A stretch of DNA of 64,000 nucleotides from Octopus vulgaris (taxonomy: Eukaryota): assembly GCA_951406725.2 (NCBI GenBank), contig OX597815.1, positions 192,758,001 through 192,822,000 of the forward strand, in the 5' to 3' direction. Made by a program: the position numbers and the translations under genes. Under the pieces are notes generated by a model. That model worked only from the letters and a program-made list of their open reading frames with translations, did no database searches and was not told the origin of the DNA. Below, piece after piece: positions 26,861 through 39,609 of this stretch; position 1 is the first letter of the stretch; the number at the start of each line of letters is the position of its first letter.

Positions 26861-29857
26861 GGGTAGTAATACTAGGTTGTATAGCTATGCAAAATGGGCA
26901 CTGAGTGTGTATGAAAAGCAAAAGCTGAAAAGAAATGAATGAGGTGATCATGATCTGCTGGATATGTAGAGTTTGAGTGTACAGATGTGGTGAGAGATTA
27001 AGCTAATAAAAAGCTCCTGTGCTGGTGCCACATAAAAAGCGCCCAGTACACTCTGTAAAACGGCTGGCATTAGGAAGGGCATCCAGTCATAGAACCCATG
27101 CCAAAACAGATGATTGGACCATGGTGCAGCTCTCCAGCTTACCAGCTCCTATCAAACTGTCAAATATAAGCCAGCATGGGAAACGGATGATGATGATGAT
27201 GATGATGATGATGGTGTATAGGGAATGACAGTTGAGTAAAGAAGTGTCAAACAATTAAAGTGGGAAGACTCTGTGGGAAAGGAATCATAAGGAAGGCATG
27301 GGAAGTGTTGGAATTTGAAAAAAGACAAAATGGTGATTGGCAGCACCAAAAGAGTGATGGTAGAGTCTTCTGGGTACAAACGGATCTGATGCAATCCTTT
27401 ACATAGAAGCTTCATGAAGGCTGAAAGAGATAAGTGATGAGAATTATGGCAAGGGCAATTGAATAGAGGTATTCAATTTCATGCGCAGCAATGGACAATG
27501 AGAAGGGGAGTGAATTTCATAAAGAGGGTTGGATAGATCCAGTGCAAATTCTAGATACAGGAACTGCACAATACAGTGAATACGCAAGATCCACTGGCAG
27601 CCATAGTTACATGTGCAGTTACATAGTACAGAGAATAAAAGAGAGGGTGAGAAGAGGATGAGTGATAGAGAGATGTAAGAATATCAAAAAGGTGGAGAAG
27701 GCACCAGTTGTAGACTTATTAGGGCCATATTGGGCAAAAGACCAAAACACTGTTATATTTATATTTATATATGAAATACTGCTAGCCTTGAGCGTAAATT
27801 AGGAGTTATTATTATAGTTGTGGTTGTTTCCAACACAGACACAAAGACCCAGATTTTTTAAGAGGGGCCTACAGTCAATTAGATTGGTGCAAGTACTTAA
27901 TTGGTGCTCATTTTATTGACTTGGAAAAGATGAAAGACAAAGTCAGCCAAGGATGCAATTAAACTCAAAGGGTACATAACTAACTAGCACAAGAAATTTT
28001 GTCTCTCACTCTACCAATTCTGCCAGGGTAAAGAATTTAATCACTATTTTCCCATGTTGACATGTAAGAACCAAAAAGCAAGATTTAAAAATACACAAGT
28101 CAGAATATATTTCAAAGGTTTTTGCTTGAAGTCCATCACTAAAATTATTTCAGCATCAATTCCAAAAACATTATAGAATCTTATGAAAAGAACTTTCGGA
28201 CAAACTGCTTATATTATTCAGCTGAATAACCATTGCCAAGACTTGTTCAGTGAACACAATTACCAAGTAACAATCTTAGAAAGTATATTAAGGAATGTTT
28301 TGATAAGAGCACTTTTTTTCTTTTTTCCTTTTTCACTGTTTGCATCTATTTTCTTCATGCTAGCACAGCTTGGACAGTTTGTGAACCTTTGAATCAATAT
28401 TGTTGGAGCAACTGCTTTTAGAACTAAGATGGTGTTCTTGCTATTGATAAGTCAAATGCAAATGAAGAATGAAACCTATTTTATCAGTTACACAGACTGA
28501 TGCAAGCAGAATAAATACATACAAAACATGAAATTATTTTTACACTACAACTTTAATCATCATTTTTTTTTTCTATGAATTGCTTCAATTTTTAAAATGT
28601 TATTTTTGCAGTTTTCTCATTTGCTCATTCAAAGTAAAAATGTTCGATAAATGAAGTGTGTTTAAAAATATAAATTTTTAATAATTATTTTCTTAACATA
28701 ATTTGATAAAACAAAACTAATTTCAGAAAAATAACATGCTATAATTATTTTCTTGAAAACAAAATCATAAAATTATTAAAATTTGTACTAGAAATGTTTA
28801 AATAATTACTATAAGATGTTTGAAACCAAAACTTCAAAGTCAGAAGGGCTTTGAAAAATGATACAATGCAAATTTTGAAATTTAATCAATAAAAAAAATC
28901 ATAAAATACAAACAAACAGAAAACATTGAACAGTAGAAACAGCAAGGAGCTGTTTTTGCTTAATACACATACACACACCCACACATATAGCATAAAACAA
29001 AAGTAATCTTATTTCTAAAAAAAATAAACTTCAATAAAAAAAAAATGTTTGGAAGGAATATAATCCAATTTTTGTATTATAATAACTTGTGTCTCAATTC
29101 TGCATAACTTGGGGGAAAAAAAGTGTTCAAAAATGTACATTGAATTACTAGTTTTACCAAATCTTGCAGAACAATAATAAAACCACAATGTAGAAATGGA
29201 ATCTTCCGATAAATTTACAATGCTTCAAGCAAAAGAAACACTAGACAGATATTTTACCGCAATGCTTTCACCTTAATTCTTGTTTCAAATTGCTAATTCA
29301 CTGTGATTTTTCAGACTGAAATATCATAAGCTGTCTTAGGAAAAAATATCTTCTCTATCATGTATCTTTTACTTGCTACAGTCATTAGACTGTGGCCATT
29401 CTCGAGCACTGCCTCGAAGGATTTTAGTCGAATGAATCAACCCAAATACTGATTGTCAAATGGTGATGGGGGGCAAACGCAGACATAAACATATGCACGC
29501 ACACACACACACACACACATCAAATCTACTTACAGGGCTTTAGTTGGCCCAAGGCTATTGCTCAAGCTGCTACACAGTGGGACTGAACCCAGAACCATGA
29601 GGTTGGAAAGCAAACTTCATACTACACAGTCATGCTTGTACCTATATATTTATATAAATATGCATGTATATATTAAAGAGGGGTTGACTGATTTATCGAG
29701 TTACTCTGGGATTCTTGCTGTATATCTTTAGACCCCAAACACTGCTGGCCTGAGAATTCTTCAAAATATGGAGGGAGGAAAAGCCTTGTTTTTAAGAGTA
29801 AAACCCTAGGTGATTATCTTCCTTTGCCAATGTCCATTGATCTTCGACCATGCAGCC

Positions 29858-29918
<61 letters not shown>

Positions 29919-30481
29919 ATATTTTTTATTTATCATCATCTTCATCATCATTTAACGTCTGCTTTCCATGCTGGCATGGGTTGGATGGTTTGACTGAGGA
30001 CTGGCAAGCCAAGAGGCTACACCAGGTGCCAGTCTGAGCTGGCAAGGTTTCTACAGCTGGACGCCCTTCCTAACGCCAACCACTCTGAGAGTGTAGTGGG
30101 TGCTTTTCTGCAATACATTGCATATAGAAGAGGATAGCTGCATAAAGACATGCTGAGCTCTAATTGTGGAAGAGGTAGACCCAGGAAAAGTGGGACGAAG
30201 TGGTGAGAAAAGATCTTTGGACACTGGGCCTCACTGAGGAAATGACAAGGGACCTGGAGTTGTGGCGATTTGCTGTATTTGAGATGTATCAAGATATGTA
30301 AATGCACTTATACCTCATAAATGCATGCACACTGGTGGCATGTAAAAAACGTCCAGTACACTTTGTGAAGTGGTTGGCATTAGGAAGGGCATCCAACCAT
30401 AGAAATCATGCCACAACAGACGACTGGAGTCTGGACAGCTCCCCAGTTGGCCAGCTCCATGTTAGACCATCCAGTCTATAT

Positions 30482-30773
30482 AGTGGAGGTACATGGCCTA
30501 GTGGTTAGAGCAGTGGACTCGAGATTGCGGGATTGCAGGTTCGAATCTCAGACTGGGCGATGTGTGTGCTTATGAGCGAAACACCTAAGCTCCACGCGGT
30601 TCCGGCAGAAGGTAATGCCGACCTTCTGCTTTCTCTCAATCTTCCTCCTGCATCTTGCAGCTCACCTGCAATAGACCGGCGTCCTGTCCAGGTGGGGAAC
30701 CTATACGCTAATGAAACTGGGAAACCAGCTCTTATGGGCCAGGAATGGCTCAAGAAGGAGCAAACAACAAAAA
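30482..30773 (+). mobile_element. tRNA-derived SINE nested in a (GAT)n-tailed element, 13-bp TSD
   Basis: A box tggcctagtggt and B box ggttcgaatct. TSD atccagtctatat at 30469-30481 and 30774-30786. Confidence 0.85.
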
Positions 30774-31679
30774 ATCCAGTCTATATCAACATGGAAAACG
30801 GACATATGATGATGATGATGGTGATGATGTTATATAGTTTGTGATTGGTTTTAGTTCTTAACTTTGTGTCTAAAAATGATTTCAAAATAAAAGGGTTTAT
30901 AATTGTTGCCAAATACTTAAATTCTTGATACCGGAAACTTCAAAAATTGCAACAACAAAATGTCACAACTCTGAATCTATGCTTCAATACATTTTGAAAA
31001 TACAGTAAGTAATTTGGAGGGATTTATTAAAATAACTAGCTGGACCTGTAACATCAAAAATGACGGCTAATTGTAGTATTTTATATATAAATATGGAGGG
31101 TAAATCAAATTAATACACTTGTCAATGTTCACATACACTCACATACTTCCCTTGTACACATATACACATATACTCATGCAAAGTTGAAATGCTGTTTGAT
31201 TTTTCTTTTCAGCATTGAATATCCACCATCCCACCAGTTTGCCATCACCCCTTCTTTCTTTATTCATCTATCACCCTTTCCTTTCTCATTCATATGTAGT
31301 GACGGAGAAAAACACAAGAGTACTATTATAGTAGACGATTTTATTATTAGGCTGTTGTGATTACCCAAGTCATAATTTTGTGTAAGAAAGTGTCTTACAT
31401 AAAATAATGACTTTGGTGGCTCAGTCACTTAACATCCATTTTTCCAAGTTAGCATGGATTAGCCACAGACATATCTGATGCAGGATTTTACAACCAGATG
31501 CTCTTCTTATTGCCAAACCTTATCTGTTTTTCAAGTAAAGGACATTTTTTTTTATATGACAAGTCTTCAAGAGAGCAGGGCAACTGACCATAGTATCAAT
31601 AAGGAAGGCAAACACTGTACTACTGGTAAAGGTATGAAATAACAAAATCGCTATGCAAGCACACACAAGAGGTTGCCTA

Positions 31680-32070
31680 TCGTTTCCTATTTCATTATTG
31701 CCCACAAGGGACTAAACATAGAGGGGACAAACAAAGACAGACAAAGGGATTAAGTCGATGACATCGACCCCAAAGAGATGAAAGGCAAAATCGACCTCGG
31801 TGGAATTTGAACTCACAATGTGAAGACAGACGAAATACCTCTTTCTTTACTACCCACAAGGGGCTACACACAGAGGGGACAAACAAGGACAGACAAAGGG
31901 ATTAAGTCGATTATATCGACCCCAGTGCATAACTGGTACTTAATTTACCGACTCCGAAATTATGAAAGGCAAAGTGGTCCTCAGCAGAATTTGAACCCAC
32001 AACGTGAAGACAGACGAAATACCACTAAGCATTTCGCCCAGCATGCTAACGTTTCTGCCAGTTCGCCGCC
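31680..32070 (-). mobile_element. dimeric SINE, 'GTCGACTTTGCCTTTCATCC' family
   Basis: Two units joined at gacgaaatacctctttctttactaccc (~31829-31856). Confidence 0.8.
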
Positions 32071-32849
32071 TATTGTTTCCATCAACCAAATTCATTCACA
32101 AGACATTGGTTGGTTGAAGAAGGTTTTAATTTAAATATAAACACTTTGAAACATACAACTTTATATCAGAAATAAGAGCTATCTTAGGCAGATTAGAATC
32201 AAATGAGATAGTATCTTAAATAACTTGCATAATTACAACTATTAAAATCTCACACACAAATTGGTTTCCTATTATTACACCATTAAAAATAATTATACTT
32301 TCCAAGGTCCTAAATGTGCACAAGCGTCATGGGATAACTTTTAAGTGATATGCTATTCACATTAACTTTTTTTCTAATAGTTTCTCTAAGTGTAAAGATA
32401 TGAATAACACTAATTCTCCAAGCTAGTGTCACAAAATTGAATTAAGTTAGCAAGACCATTGAGCTTGGATTGCGTTCATAGCTGAAGCAAATGTATTTTA
32501 CTAATGCAGATTATACCATCTGCGGAAACCTAGAACAATGCAACGTTTCATTCCTGGCCATAAACTAGAGGAGCTTGTGTTTGGTGGGAAATAACCAATT
32601 TTGTAATTTTCCTTCCAGTTGTTTACTTAAGAGGAGGTGTGTGGTCTAAAAAAACTAGTCAGTCTACCTCATGGTCCTGGCAGACAATATGGAAAATGTG
32701 CTGCCATGGAGGTGCTAGAGTAGTCACTCAGACTTACAGGGCTCATACCCATGGCTGGAGTGTGAGCTCCACTTACAAGGCTCACACTCAGTTCACCTTG
32801 ATAGCAGTGAACAGAGATGTAATTCAGGGGCCAAGAATGCTGGAGGTCT

Positions 32850-33078
32850 AGCGAGCAGGCAGAAACATTAGCACGCCAGGCGAAATGCTTAGCGGTATTT
32901 CATCTGCCGTTACGTAATGAGTTCAAATTCCGCCGAGGTCGACTTTGCCTTTCATCCTTTCGGGTTCGATTAAATAAGTACCAGTTACGCACTGGGGTCG
33001 ATATAATCGACTTAATCCATTTGTCTGTCATTGTTTGTCCCCTCTGTGTGTAGACCCTTGGGGGCAGTAGAGAAATAA
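32850..33078 (+). mobile_element. SINE, 'GTCGACTTTGCCTTTCATCC' family
   Basis: gcgagcaggcagaaacattagc...gagttcaaattccgccgaggtcgactttgcctttcatcc...gtagagaaataa. Confidence 0.85.
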
Positions 33079-33089
33079 GAATGCTAGAA

Positions 33090-33775
33090 GTCTCAACTGT
33101 CATAGGCTCAGCCACAAGTCTCTTAAAGACCAACCAATACTTTTTCAATCTGCCCTTCTTATCTTGATGAGCAGAGAAGCCTGGGCTGGCAGCCAAACAC
33201 ACCAGGTTGCAGCAGGAGAAGGTGTCACAGCATGTAGCATCCCAGACCTATCACCATGTAACAAGAAAGTTGTCATGTCATTTGGCCTTTTACTGACCCC
33301 TCTGTACAAGCCTGCTGGCTTGAGCTTGGAAGGGAAGCCTGCAGTGTCTAGGCCATGCTTCATGATCTCACTGAGAGCAGCATGGTGTGGAAGGTGGCCA
33401 GCACTATAATGGCATGACGTTGGATGGAGACTAAAAGAATCCACAGTGGATCCACAGCAGCATTTGTGAGACTCACAGATCCAGAGGTCATCAAAGCCTC
33501 AGGAAACACCAATGTGCAAACAGTCGCTATCCAGCTGAGTGCCAGTTGAGAGCGATGGTCAGGATGGTGCACCAGCTTGTCTGAGATCATGCTGCATTGG
33601 ATGGCATCCTTGTTGTTTTGTGGGGACTGGACATCCACAAAGGGGTAAGGAGATGGGAGCTGAGTAGGTCCAGTTGTGTTGCGGAGAACCCTGGTAAAAG
33701 GTTTCCGAAAGAAATACTGACAGGACAAGTAAGACCAGAGACTGGAGGCCCAGGCCTCCATATCTGATAAGTAAG
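33090..33775 (-). mobile_element. degenerate RLE-type (CRE-like) non-LTR retrotransposon fragment
   Basis: ASLLIRYGGLGL and HAALSEIMKHGLDTAGFPSKLKPAGLYRGVSKRPND resemble the GGLG and RH...EP...KRPD motifs of the CRE/RLE C-terminal region. Confidence 0.65.
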
Positions 33776-33904
33776 GAGGCTATAGCAGAAGACACTTGCC
33801 CAAGGTTCCACGCAGTAGGACTGAATTCAGAACCATGTGGTTGGGAAGCAAGCTTCTCACCACGCAGCTACTCCTGTGCCTGTATGTATGTACATATATA
33901 TATT

Positions 33905-34300
33905 TATTCTTTTATTCTTTTACTTCTTTCAGTCACTTGACTGCGACCATGCTGGAACACCGCCTTAAAGGGTTTTTTTAGTGGATAAAATTGACCCTAA
34001 AACTTATTCTATTAGTCTCTTTTGCCAAACTGCTAAGTTACAGGGATGCAAACACACCAAGATCAGTTGTCAAGCGATGGTGGTGGTGGAGAGACAAACA
34101 CAGACACAAAGACACACACACCTAAATAGATATATAGATATATATAAGACAGGCTTCTTTAAGTTTCTGTCTATCAAATCCACTCACAAGGCTTTGGTCA
34201 GCCTGAGGCTATATTAGAAGAGATTTGCCCAATGCACCACACAGTGGGACTGAACCCAGAACCATGTGGTTGGAAAGAAAGCTTCTTACCACACAGCCAC
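33905..34300 (-). mobile_element. CORE-like SINE
   Basis: Family tail, body and head motifs all present. Confidence 0.8.
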
Positions 34301-34799
34301 ATCATGATCATCATCACCATTTAATGTTCATATTGCATGCTGGTTAGGGCTGGATGGTTTGACAAGGATCCAAGGAATCAAGGACTGCATTGTGCACCAG
34401 GGTCTGGAGTACACTGGATCTCCATCAGTTTCACTGAAGAGTATTCAGTCAGTGAAGCCACCAAAATTACCTGTTCATTGAATTATCATGTAACAGGCTG
34501 AATGTTCCATGGACAGGCTGAATGTAATTCTCAAATAGAACCAGTATGACAATACGAGAACCATCCAATAGGCATTCACACGGTTTCCTTCAACCTAATT
34601 TAATTGCTATGAATACATCATGGTTGAAGAACCAAGACGTTCATAATCACAAGGCCCCAGGGCCCCGCATCTTGCGCAAGTGTTTTATATCATAGCTTTG
34701 GATCGACTAAAGTCTTGTATGCCTGTGTATATGTTTAGCCATCTGTGAGTTCATGGCTGTTTCCTGCACCAGCTTCACATAGAAGCCCCAGCCCATCCA

Positions 34800-35200
34800 A
34801 AGTGCGTTGGATCGCAGGATGGCTTGCTATGCTTACCTTGGATCGTAGGGTGACCTGCTGTGCTTGAGGAGACCTATTGAGTCAAGTACATCAACATCAA
34901 AAACTCAAATGGAAATTGTAGTTGTGATACCTGTGCCAGTGGCACGTAAAAAGCACCATCTGAACGTAGTCGATGCCAGCACCGCCTTGACTGGCTTCCG
35001 TGCTGGTGACACGTAAAAAGCAGCCACTACACTCACAGAGTGGTTGGCGTTAGGAAGGGCATCCAGCTGTAGAAACACTGCCAGATCAGACTTGAGCCTG
35101 GTGCAGCCTCTTGGCTTCCCAGACCCCGGTCGAACCGTCCAACCCATGCTAGCATGGAAAATTAACGTTAAATGATGATGATGATGATGATGATGATGAT
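34800..35200 (+). mobile_element. (GAT)n-tailed RTE 3'-end/SINE copy
   Basis: gtgcttgaggagacc...gtgccagtggcacgtaaaaagcacc...(GAT)n. Confidence 0.8.
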
Positions 35201-35459
35201 GTAGACAATAACATATGCATATGAGTGTCTGCGTGTATATGTGTGTATGAATATATGTGAGCCCAACCCATGCAAGTGTTAAGAAACAGAAATAAAATGA
35301 TAATGACAATGATGACGATGATGATGTCGATGTATGTATGCACAGCTTTCTATGGAGGATGTAAACATAGTCATGAAAGATGAATGGCTGATACTGGCAC
35401 AGTCAGAAATTAAATGACCCAGTGACCAATCCATTGGAAACCTGTAGCCACAACACTTA

Positions 35460-35832
35460 TCTCTATATATATATGAACCGCAAAATGTCTGTCTGTATGT
35501 GTGTGTGTCCTTTATACAAATCCAAAATTTTTCAGTTAGAGAGCTCGCACTTTCTATGGTCATTCAAAACCGTCCAAGAGTGGTCGTGCACATTTTTACA
35601 TTTCCCCAGTCACCCTGCAAAGCCATTAAAAAATCAATAGAAGTGACATTTTGTGAATTTTCTATCCAAAGCCCAATCAAAATGCCTGAAATTTGATACG
35701 CCAATTGAATGCCAGCTAGCTATATGTGATTGGTCGGAGATTTGGACAATACTCACGTGTATATGCGCACACACACAGCTGTATATGCATGCACTAGCAC
35801 TATGACCTGGCGTTGCCAGGTCATAGGGCTAG
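35460..35832 (+). mobile_element. non-autonomous Helitron
   Basis: a|TC start. Perfect 12-bp subterminal hairpin ctatgacctggc-gtt-gccaggtcatag (35800-35826). CTAG|t end. Confidence 0.8.
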
Positions 35833-36186
35833 TTCCTCATAAATTGCAATACAAAATGAAATAAATAAATAAATGCTTTTAATCCAGCCCTTCTTTATTA
35901 GCTATAAAAGAAGATTCTTGGTTTAGAGATCAATATGGTGGTTCGGGAATATTTTAGTCCCTAGGTCAGACTTGTATGAAACACATTCTATACTTCAGAG
36001 TCATCAAGATAATTAACTATGAGTTTGTTGATAGTAAATGTATATGTTGTTGTTGCAAAACATCTTTCACTGTTGGGATGGAATTTAAAAGATTGCCAGA
36101 AATACTGATTTCATGTGTTATATATAAGATAGCAGCAAAAGTACCAGACTTTATCTGAGTTTACAGAAAGTATTAAGGAAAAAATC

Positions 36187-36757
36187 GGTACTTCTTTGGT
36201 ATTCCTGCCACCCTATAACTTTTGAACCAGTAATTTTAAAAAAAAAAATTTTTTCAGATTCATACGTTTTCAATATCAGAGATTACGATTTAGCAAAAAT
36301 AATTTTTTTTTTAATTTCAATCTCTCCACACCAATTCATTTGCTTTGTTTACAGTTGACAAGATTCACAAAATAACAGCTTCCAAATCCTGTTTCTTGAT
36401 TGGGTGAAAATTATCAAACTTTAAACCTCTATAACTTTTTAAAAACATTCATGCTAAATTGTTGGAGTTGTTTCACCTTTTAAAGAAAAATGTTTTTGAA
36501 AAGTTATAGAGGTTTAAAGTTTGATAATTTTCACCCAATCAGGAAACAGGATTTGGAAGTTGTCATTTTGTGTGTGACAGCACATCAACTGTAAACAAAG
36601 CAAATAAATTGAGTGGGTGGAATTGAAATCAAAAACATTTTTTTTTTGCTAAATCATAATCTTCAATATTGAAAACATATGAATCTAAAAAAATTTTTTT
36701 AATTTTAAATCACTAATTCAAAAGTTATAGGGTTTGAGGGAATTCCAAAGAAGTACC
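36187..36757. mobile_element. foldback DNA transposon (Merlin-like, non-autonomous) with 8-bp TSD
   Basis: Termini GGTACTTCTTTGG / CCAAAGAAGTACC. Arms are complementary over ~260 bp. The duplication aaaaaatc is at 36179-36186 and 36758-36765. Confidence 0.8.
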
Positions 36758-37088
36758 AAAAAATCATAGAGATTATGATCTCCTCTAACAAATGTGCCCA
36801 TACACAAAATATCAGCTTCTTGGGAGCAAAACTGTAGCTTAAAAACATGGTACCTACTTAAAGACACTCACTTTTAGATGTGAAGAATTGTAGCTATAAA
36901 TCTGAGAATTGAACAGACTGATAAAGGACCTTAAATTACTAACCATCAATGTTTTTCTCATCGATACATGAAATGAATGACAATAATAATAATAATAATA
37001 ATAAAAAAAAATGGGGAAAACATAATTAAGCTACATCTAAGAAATTTTAAGAGGTAAAAAAAAAACAAGAAAGAGGAATGTAACTCAC

Positions 37089-37878
37089 CTGCTACTTGTG
37101 TCTCGGTAGCAAAAGACGTGGCTCCTTGCAAAGTAACAGACTCTTCTGTAGGAATTGGATCTTGAGCAGATGAAAAAGTCTGTAGTGCTGCTGCTTCTTC
37201 CTCTCCCTCACAAGATGTAATTTGTAACATATCAGTTATCTTGTTAGGGGACGATGGAGCAGCTGGCGTCGAAGTGACTAACAATGGCATCGAAGGCAGT
37301 ATAGTACGGCCGTCAATGTCAGAGGTTTGTGGCTGGCAGTTGCTGATATACCAGCGAGAAGGCCGTGTTGGAGGGACTGCATAATTAGTGTCTGGTGAAA
37401 GAACAGTTTCAATATGACTACTTTGACTGGAAGTGGTACCACAGTTGTTAGTTTTATCAGCAACAGTTTGTATAGTATTAGTATTATTCCCATTACTGCT
37501 GCTAGTAGTTGAGAGACTGGCATTGTTTGATATAACTGTGTTTGTCGTAGAAGTATTAGTGATAGAAGATAGATTAGTACAACTGGTGGTAACTACCTCA
37601 CCACTCAGTACTGATGGTCGGTTCGCTTCATTCGGTTCTTCTTTTATAATGATTGGAGCTTGCCCTGATCCCCGGATGGGAGTATTTATCTTATCCAATC
37701 CATTAGAACAGCAACAATCACTCTTAGTTATTACTTCACTAAAAAGGTAATCTTCCTGATAGTCATCGACAGCTACTTTGAAATTGCCACATATTTTCAC
37801 ACTATTCCAAAAAGTGGCATTAGCATGAAAGTACTGATGTAAAAAACTGGAGAAAGCCTCCTTGAAATCAAGGCCCAT
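37089..37878 (-). CDS. first coding exon of an uncharacterised host gene, possibly a transcriptional regulator (exon 37089-37904)
   Basis: Acceptor ttctttttcttttctttgttggacccttatAG|G at 37905/37904 and donor CAG|GTGAGT at 37089/37088. An in-frame TGA lies upstream of ATG 37878. The 263 codons are non-repetitive: a globular-looking ~55-aa start, an IKEE motif, and an S/T/N/P-rich tail. Confidence 0.85.
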
Positions 37879-38383
37879 TCTTTCAGATATAAAGTAGATT
37901 CATCCTATAAGGGTCCAACAAAGAAAAGAAAAAGAACAGTTAATGTTTTATTATTACTGATAATATACATCAAAATATATTAATATAAATGGGGAAGAGT
38001 ACTTCTTTTTTTAATTAAAGATATGTTTATGGTAGAACAGAAATTGAATAGTAAGTTTCCTAAACATCTTTATTTTGAGCATCCAACAATCATTCTCAAG
38101 ATATACTTCAATTTTCTTTTTTTTTTTTTTTTTTTTTCTAATTTTAAGCTTGAATGAAAATCATCCTCCGTAAAATTGCAGATGTGCTGTAGAAATATAA
38201 TTGAGAAGAAAAATTCTGATCTGAAAAGCAACAAGGAAAGCACAACATTGGGGATTATAGAATAGCAATAACTTTATATGATCTTTGGGACTTGTTGATC
38301 AAGCAAAATTTTAAATTAGGCAACACAGGCCAGAAACACTGAATGATGTGTGTTTAAGAAGGAAGATGAAGACAAATGAAAAA

Positions 38384-39216
38384 CATCATCATCATTGTCG
38401 TTTAACGTCCACTTTTCATGCTGGCATGAGTTGGATGGTTTGCCTGAGGGCTGGCAAGCCAGAAGGCTGCATCAGGCTCTAATCTGATCTGGCAAAGTCT
38501 CTACAGATGGATGACCTTCTTTATGCCAACCACTCTGAGAGTGTGGTTGGTGCTTTTTACGTGCCACTGGCACGGAAGCCAGTATTGATGGAACGACCAT
38601 GCTTGACTGTGCTTTTTATGTGCCACCAGCATGGGAACCAGTCAGGTGGCACTGGCAACGACCACGCTTGAAAGGTGCTTTTTACGTACCACTTGCATTG
38701 GCATCAACCACATGATGCTTTTTACGTGCCACCAGCATGGGAGCCAGCCAGGTGGTACTGGCATGGGCACAACAATGACTTCACTGACTCAACAGGTCTT
38801 TGCAAGGGCAGTTTATTGCCCAATGATTGAAGGGTACTCTTAAATGGGTTGGTTATGCTGCACTGGCACAGGCCACGGTTACAATCTCACTTCGCTTGCC
38901 AGGTCTTCTCAAGCACAACATATCTCCAAAGGTCTTAGTTATTTGTCATTACCTCCAAGAGGCCCAACTTTCGAAGGTCATGCTTCACCACCTCATCCCA
39001 GTTCTTCCTGGGTCTACCTCTTCCACAGGTTCCCTCTACTGCTAGGGTGTGACACTTATTCACACAGCTGTCCTCATCCATATGCAACACATGACCACAC
39101 CAGCACAGTCGTCTCTCTTGCACACCACATCTGATGCTTCTTATGTCTAACTTTTCTCTCAGGGCACTTACACTCTGTCGTGCATGCACACTGGCATTAC
39201 ACATCCAGCAGAGCAA
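38384..39216 (-). mobile_element. RTE LINE 3' end: ORF C-terminus + 3'UTR + (GAT)n tail
   Basis: ORF 39216-38935 reads RRLCWCGHVLHMDED...GRGRPRKNWDEVVKHDL. It continues into the tandem GTGGCACGTAAAAAGCA units and the tail at ~38384. Confidence 0.85.
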
Positions 39217-39480
39217 CTAAAACTACATATGTAGAACAAAAACATATTAATCAATCAATGTAACCTCATATACAAACATATACATAAATACATGCTTAAA
39301 TATGTATCATCATCATCATTTAACATCAGTCTTCCATGCATGCAAGGGTAGGATGGGTGACAGGAGCCAGCCAGACTACCATGTCTGTTTTGACAGGGTT
39401 TTTATGGCTGGATGCCTTTCCTAACACCAACCACATTAATCTGATGGCTTACTCTACACTTTTGCAGAGTAAAAATTTAT

Positions 39481-39609
39481 TATTCATAAACAAGAATGCT
39501 GTTGACTGTGACTTTGAAGGTTCAGTTAGTTAAGCCATTGTCAGCCTGATGATGGCTTAACAGGCCAAAACTTTGAAGTCACTGTCAACAGCATTCTTGT
39601 TTAAGAATA
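39481..39609. repeat. ~130-bp imperfect palindrome made of two head-to-head degenerate hammerhead-like motifs
   Basis: tattcataaacaagaatgctgttgactgtgact... pairs with ...agtcactgtcaacagcattcttgtttaagaata. The right arm reads CTGATGA-t-ggc-ttaacag-gcc-aaaac-tttgaa-GTC. Confidence 0.7.

Noticed and set aside
27230-27740. Possible exon or LINE fragment
   Set aside because: Too degenerate to assign. No open frame or firm motif.
36958-37088. C-terminal part of the 306-aa ORF (ELHSSFLFFF...IIIIII)
   Set aside because: It lies beyond the GTGAGT donor, so it is intron read-through.
37433-37750. Plus-strand 105-aa hydrophobic ORF
   Set aside because: It is the antisense shadow of the S/T/N-rich exon.
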